Virus record (IMG/VR): IMGVR_UViG_3300037264_007501
Coordinates: 7,399-71,398 of that record
Length of the DNA stretch: 64,000 nucleotides
Direction: 5' to 3' (one strand)
Source of the DNA: a virus
The position numbers and the translations under genes are program-made. Shown here one piece after another: positions 58,823 through 64,000 of the stretch. A model generated the notes under the pieces. The model saw only the letters and a list, made by a program, of their open reading frames with translations, had not been told where the DNA came from and ran no database searches. The number at the start of each line of letters is the position of its first letter. Position 1 is the first letter of the stretch.

Positions 58823-59581
58823 TTAGCCAGGTAGGCCGCGCCCCGCTTGTTGCGGTACTTGGACGCCTGCCGCTTGGTGGGCGGCGTACTGCCCGCCTGG
58901 TAGCACTTGATGAAGAGCTGGTCCTTCTCTGCGAACTCTTTGTTTGTCATTGGCTTTCCTCCAGAGCGTGTTTTTGTAGTGTCGTTGGCCATGGTAAACA
59001 ATGGCTACTTTGTGGTTTGGTCCTTCCGCGGCGACGGCGTCGTTGTCTGACGCGTCTGCATATCCAGCGGCTTCGAGCTCTTCGTGCGTTTCGAAGACGC
59101 GGCAGTGCCGGTCCGTTTCTTTGATGAGATGATCCTCTTTGCCACCGTAGCTGTAAACTACTGTGAAGTTACTCGGAAGCGAAACGCTTCGTAGTAAAGA
59201 GACCATCTTCGTGTAGGCATAAAACCTAACCGCAGGGTTGGCCTCCATGACGGATATACATTTCTGAAGGTACTCCTGGTCAAAAAAATCACCAGAATCG
59301 TTCCACCGCAATCTGCCGACGCGCAGCTCCTTAATCTCCTTGTTGATGGTCTCCTCGAACTTTGTGGACCGCGCCAGCTCAAGCCGCCACTCATACTTGT
59401 CTTTTACGACAGGGCGGTGGGTGTACCAGCCTCCTCTGGCGAAACAACCAGAGGCGCACACACCAGCCTGCGGGCAAGTCGTGAACCCGCTCTTCGACCT
59501 AAACGCCGGGATCCCGAAGTTGAAGGTACGAAGATCTTTCATCTTCATCATTTTTTCAGTTTGGGCGAGGTACCTGCGCAC
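58823..59581 (-). CDS. GP88-like (radical-SAM-related) protein
   Basis: FGIPA...TCPQAGVCASGCFA, LRWNDSGDFF, FYAYTK, NF.V.YS. Confidence 0.8.
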   Translation of the reverse strand: MRRYLAQTEKMMKMKDLRTFNFGIPAFRSKSGFTTCPQAGVCASGCFARGGWYTHRPVVKDKYEWRLELARSTKFEETINKEIKELRVGRLRWNDSGDFFDQEYLQKCISVMEANPAVRFYAYTKMVSLLRSVSLPSNFTVVYSYGGKEDHLIKETDRHCRVFETHEELEAAGYADASDNDAVAAEGPNHKVAIVYHGQRHYKNTLWRKANDKQRVRREGPALHQVLPGGQYAAHQAAGVQVPQQAGRGLPG

Positions 59582-60663
59582 AGCTTCTCCAGTATCCTCT
59601 GCCTATTACGCTGCGCCTCGAAGCTACCGCACTCTTCCAAGATTGCTGTAGGTCGTCGGCCTGGCCCACGCACCCGGCCGCGCACTTTCGTGCCGTAGGT
59701 CAGGTGCGGGTAATAGACAGAGTCGTTGGCCAGATATACATCGAACTCTCGATCTATATCTCCCACTTTTTCGCTATGGGCAAGGTCCGAGTTTTGTATA
59801 TCCGCGCACACAGCCCACATGCCTTCGCCGTTGCCGCTCTCGTCCTCAGACGTGGACGCTGGCAGGTTGAACTTGAAGTAGCCGTGTAACGTAGACCACT
59901 CTTCTATCTGACTTGTTTTAGCCCGCACCGTGCTCTCCTTCCATCGGCTCAACCCGGACCATGTTACCGAGTCTGTACAGGGTGTAATCCGGAGTCTCTG
60001 TTTTGATGATCGTTAAAGATAGGTGCTCCAGTATGAGCTTCAGTACTCCAGCAACTCCCGCTGCATCCAGCGAATCCGCACTGACTTCGTTTTCGTAGTG
60101 ACCCAGTTTCATCGCCGTACCTCCACCATCTCCACCCAGCCCTTAGGGTCATCCGGTTTTGTACTAGACACCCCGCAGGCGGCGTCACCGTCTGCGTAAT
60201 AGGCCCACGCGCGTTTGCGCAGCTTTAGCTTGCGGCACCACTGTGACGGTACGCTGTGCATTTTGCCGACGCTATCTTTGACGGCCAGCACTCCACCAAG
60301 CAGAGTAGTGGCCACCTCTGCCACGTACCTTTTTGGAAGGTCACCTTCCATTGTGTAAACTGCAACCATGTCACCAAAAGTGATTTTACTTCGTACCATT
60401 GAGCGCTCTCCTCGCCGTCTCCCCGGGCGGGTCCTCTGCAATGCAAACGAGCCGCTGGGTTTCGTTTTCTACTCGGCAGTACCTGTCTGGCGACGCATAC
60501 CATTCAAGTCCTTCACGTAATTCTTGTACCTTAAAGGTAAGCAACCTTACGTTGACTCTGTAGAGCTCTTTTTCCAATTGCGTCTGCTCCAACTCTCTTA
60601 TGAGCTGCCCGACAATAGGGAACTGCGTGAACTCCGTCTTCCATTGTTCGATCTGCTCTTTGG

Positions 60664-61146
60664 TCAGCCGCATATATACTCCCCCACCGGTGAATCCCAC
60701 GGTAAGTAGAGAGGATGCTTCGGCGCCCCTTTCTTGGTCAACCCTAGACAGTGGAAGTCCCCCTTGATAGCGTGCTGCCGCTTCACGGCCATGGGGTTCG
60801 CGCCCCAAGCGCAGAGGATGATACCTGGTACTTCCTTCGACCGATGGCGTGCGATTTCCTCGAGGAGAAACTCATCGTTTCTTGGCCCCACCGGGTCTGC
60901 TGCGGTCAAGAGCTCGCCAGGGTCCGTGGCCCTGAGAGCGAAGAGATTGACGACGGTAAGTTCACTGCCGCCCAGACGGTCAGCAAATCCGATGCAGCGG
61001 CGAATGGTGGGGTCGTCTTTGACAGCATCCGCTGTCGACGGATTAAGCATGATGAACAGAACCGGCAAATGTTTGCGGCTCACACCGGGTATCGGCCGGT
61101 AGAGGGCATACCTGTAGTTGCCACAGGGGCTGATGATTGCGTTCAT
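60664..61146 (-). CDS. DUF1643 family protein
   Basis: ISPCGNYRY.L, FIMLNPSTAD...DDPTIRRC, VNLFALRATDP, AWG, P.HPLY. Confidence 0.9.
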   Translation of the reverse strand: MNAIISPCGNYRYALYRPIPGVSRKHLPVLFIMLNPSTADAVKDDPTIRRCIGFADRLGGSELTVVNLFALRATDPGELLTAADPVGPRNDEFLLEEIARHRSKEVPGIILCAWGANPMAVKRQHAIKGDFHCLGLTKKGAPKHPLYLPWDSPVGEYICG

Positions 61147-61156
61147 GTGTTCTCCA

Positions 61157-61196
61157 AATAAAAAGGGGCGGACCCACTACAGGTCCACCCCTCCTT
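61157..61196 (-). terminator. Rho-independent terminator after the collagen-like gene
   Basis: Minus strand GGGGTGGACC-loop-GGTCCGCCCC followed by TTTTTATTT. Confidence 0.65.
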
Positions 61197-61211
61197 ATAC
61201 CTTAGACTGGA

Positions 61212-62117
61212 TTAGCCAGCGATCGTCGCCATGACCAACACGGTTCCGTCGAGCTTCTTCACTTTCAGCTCGAACGTTTCACCACCCGCGCCATCTTGGG
61301 TGCGGAGGATCCACGCGTCTTGATCGGTCGGGTCGGCATCGACTACGGCCAGCAGACCAGCAGCTCCCGGAGCTCCGTCGGCTCCGGCAGGACCCTCGAG
61401 TCCGTCGTGCCCGGGTTCGCCCTGGGGACCTTGCTCGCCCTGGGGACCGGCCGGGCCTTGTTCGCCTTGCGGCCCGTCGTGCCCGTTTTCACCGTTGTCG
61501 CCGTTTTCGCCATTGGCTCCATCGGCTCCATCGGCTCCGGCAGGACCAGGTTCACCCTGGGGACCCATCGGACCCATCGGACCCATGGGGCCGACTTCGC
61601 CCTGGGGTCCCTGAGCGCCGTCAGCGCCATTGTCGCCATTGTCACCGTTGGCACCGTCAGCGCCATCAGCACCGGCCGCACCGGGCTCTCCCTGGGGACC
61701 GGCGGGGCCTTGCTCGCCCTGGGGACCCTGGGGACCTTGCGGACCCGTGGGGCCCTGGTCGCCATTGTCACCGTTCTCACCATGGACGCCGTCAGCACCG
61801 TCGTGGCCGTCGTTGCCGGCCTCGCCCTGAGGACCGGCAGGACCTTGAGGACCCACGTCACCTTGCGGGCCTTGCTGGCCTTGCGGGCCCTGGTCACCGT
61901 TGTCGCCATTTTCGCCGTGGGCACCATCAGCGCCATCGGCACCGTCGTGGCCGGCCGCTCCAGGCTCGCCCTGGGGACCTTGAGGACCCATGGGCCCTAC
62001 CGCACCTTGGGGGCCATCGTGGCCAATGGGACCGGGGTCTCCCTTGGGGCCTTTTGGGCCCATGTTGATTACTACGGAGTTCTCCTCACATTCGTCTTCT
62101 GGCATAGATATCTCCAT
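61212..62117 (-). CDS. acidic collagen-like (Gly-X-Y repeat) protein
   Basis: Long Gly-X-Y run with GPQGEQ and [12 protein letters not shown] blocks and a short C-terminal domain. Confidence 0.9.
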   Translation of the reverse strand: MEISMPEDECEENSVVINMGPKGPKGDPGPIGHDGPQGAVGPMGPQGPQGEPGAAGHDGADGADGAHGENGDNGDQGPQGQQGPQGDVGPQGPAGPQGEAGNDGHDGADGVHGENGDNGDQGPTGPQGPQGPQGEQGPAGPQGEPGAAGADGADGANGDNGDNGADGAQGPQGEVGPMGPMGPMGPQGEPGPAGADGADGANGENGDNGENGHDGPQGEQGPAGPQGEQGPQGEPGHDGLEGPAGADGAPGAAGLLAVVDADPTDQDAWILRTQDGAGGETFELKVKKLDGTVLVMATIAG

Positions 62118-62172
62118 GTTATTATTCTTGTTTAGAACTTAATACTGCTGGGTTTTGTGCGGGAAGAGGCTA

Positions 62173-62337
62173 TCACGGTTTGCCTACTACCTCCAGCACA
62201 GGGATTCGCAGACGCGCTGCTTCCATCTTACAACTAGAGGTGCCTCTTCCGCCAGGAAAAGCGATGAGAATGCTTTCCTGATTCTTCTCACACATTTCCC
62301 GGTTCCGGATAGGGCCGCCAGCGCGGATGATCTTCAC
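62173..62337 (-). pseudogene. C-terminal fragment of a SLOG/DUF2493-like protein
   Basis: AGGPIRNREM...LIAFPGGRGT..C...A....IPV without the N-terminal GxR half. Confidence 0.5.
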
Positions 62338-62606
62338 GGCTCCCACACGACGCCGGTACCATTGCACGAGCGGCAGCACTCGGGACCGCCCCCGCTCGAG
62401 CTCCATTGCCCACCGGTCTGATTGTAAAAGCCGTTGGCTACCAGGCCGTTGCCGCCGCAGACGGGGCAGGTGTACGGAAGTTTGGCCCAGACACGTATCG
62501 GCGGTGGCGGGACCGCCCCTACGCCGTGTCTACTGCAAAAGTTGTGGGGCCCGGTGTGCCCGCAAGAACCAACGCAAGCGCAGCATGCTTTTGTCACTTC
62601 TGGCAC
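62334..62606 (-). CDS. Cys-rich Zn-finger protein
   Basis: CPVCGGNG and CRSCNGTG DnaJ-type repeats. Confidence 0.55.
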   Translation of the reverse strand: MPEVTKACCACVGSCGHTGPHNFCSRHGVGAVPPPPIRVWAKLPYTCPVCGGNGLVANGFYNQTGGQWSSSGGGPECCRSCNGTGVVWEP

Positions 62607-64000
62607 CTCTTCTTGAGCGACCGGTCCATCGCGTCCAGTATCGACCCCTCGCCCTCGTTTCGAAAGTCGAAGGGGCTGCCTTCCAACCGATCGCAGCTGA
62701 TGCGGAAGATCTTCATGTCACGGGTGTCGAGGTTGAAGCTCAGGTACTTGATGATCGGCGAACCGCCAGATGATGGGTCGAACCCACCTCCGTCATCAAT
62801 TGACCACGTATGGTGTTCGTTCTTCTCCACCCACTCGGTCACCTCTCGCATGGTCACGGCTCTCATCAATACCCTCTGTGCAAAGTCACTAAGCCACAGC
62901 CAATAGATATATACGGTCCGCGGCCTTCATGCCAGATGGGAGTCCACCAGTGCCACCAGAAACCCGTGGGTTTCAATCGAATCGCGTAGTTCACTCTGCG
63001 GATGGTGACCTTCATTTGGTCTTCTCCAGGGTCTCGCAGATGAAGCATCTGGCGTTGATGTCTGTCTCATCGCAGGTGAGAAGGTGCGCTCTGTCCAGGG
63101 CTTCCCTAGCTGTGGCGAGCTTCATGCGCAGCAGCTCTTCCTCTGGCAAGGAGCGCGTCTTGTGCAGCTCTACGCGGAGCTCCCCCAGCTCCTTGGCGAT
63201 CGCCGGCAGCATCTCGAACACCTCTTGGATGGCCAGCGCGGCTACATCCGAGCGGTCGGTCTTCATGGTTAAAATTTCGTTGAGTCGTTTCAGGTCAACC
63301 ATCGAGGCTCCATCCTCTGGCCTTGCAGACGCGGATGCAGCGCTTGCAGTTGAATGTTCCACGTGGAACATCGATCAGGCCGTTACGTGCTCCGCAGGTG
63401 ATCAGATATCTGGCGCAGCGCCAGCGCCAGTGGTGTACGACTTCCCTCATTCCATCTCCTCGAGTGCCAGCTCGACCCGGTTCCAGCACTCCAAGCACAT
63501 GGCCAGTCTCACCCCGTGCCTGTTCCTTCTGCAGATGAACAGGTCACGGGATGGGCAGCCAAAGCACTTCTTAGGTGTGAACGGTACTACCATCCAACAC
63601 CTTCATAGCACTACTGAGAGCAGCGTCGAGCCGGGTGCCCGGGTTGACGTTGGGCGCGGCCATGTGATCGATGCGCTCGACCGAGTACTGGCCCAGTAGG
63701 GACACGATGGCGTCCGCGCACTCTCGGATGACTGCGCGATATCGTTGAGTCTCTTCGTTCACGACGGGCGCTGTGCTTCCCGGTTCGACCATACGACCTC
63801 AGTAGCAGAAGGTTTCAAGCTTCCCGCACTCGACGTAGTACGGGCTCGTGTAAATGATGCCCAGCATGACTTCGCTGTAGGGACAGCGCAGGCCGTACAC
63901 ACGGTGGCGGTACGTGATGCGGGTCTGGCAGACCAGCCTGGGGACGGGACGGATGTCCGGTTGTTTCTCGGTCTTCTTGACTGGTTCAACGGCAAACGCC

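Overview
A 64-kb segment of a large, GC-rich tailed phage, probably a myovirus because it has a contractile sheath and tube. No host housekeeping operons are present. Minus-strand arms (about 1.5-15.8 kb and 35.9-64 kb) carry replication, recombination and accessory genes: family A DNA polymerase split by a group I intron with an HNH endonuclease, RNase HII, YhaM-like HD nuclease, tmRNA, SSB, beta clamp, DinG-like helicase, PD-(D/E)xK nucleases, DnaJ-like protein, dNMP kinase, a lone TnpB, phosphatases and a collagen-like protein. A plus-strand virion module (about 16.4-35.9 kb) encodes a prohead protease, scaffold-like proteins, major capsid protein, neck proteins, sheath and tube. The most striking signal is a candidate capsid-cargo system. 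Head-associated proteins are densely punctuated by K-x-A motifs (likely protease sites), and an array of seven genes after the tail tube shares a F-W-x-G-F-E-K-x-A leader fused to unrelated payloads, including a Nudix hydrolase polyprotein and Gly/Ala-rich membrane-active peptides. All product calls come from motif recognition by eye; no database searches were run. Many small hypothetical ORFs are not listed individually.
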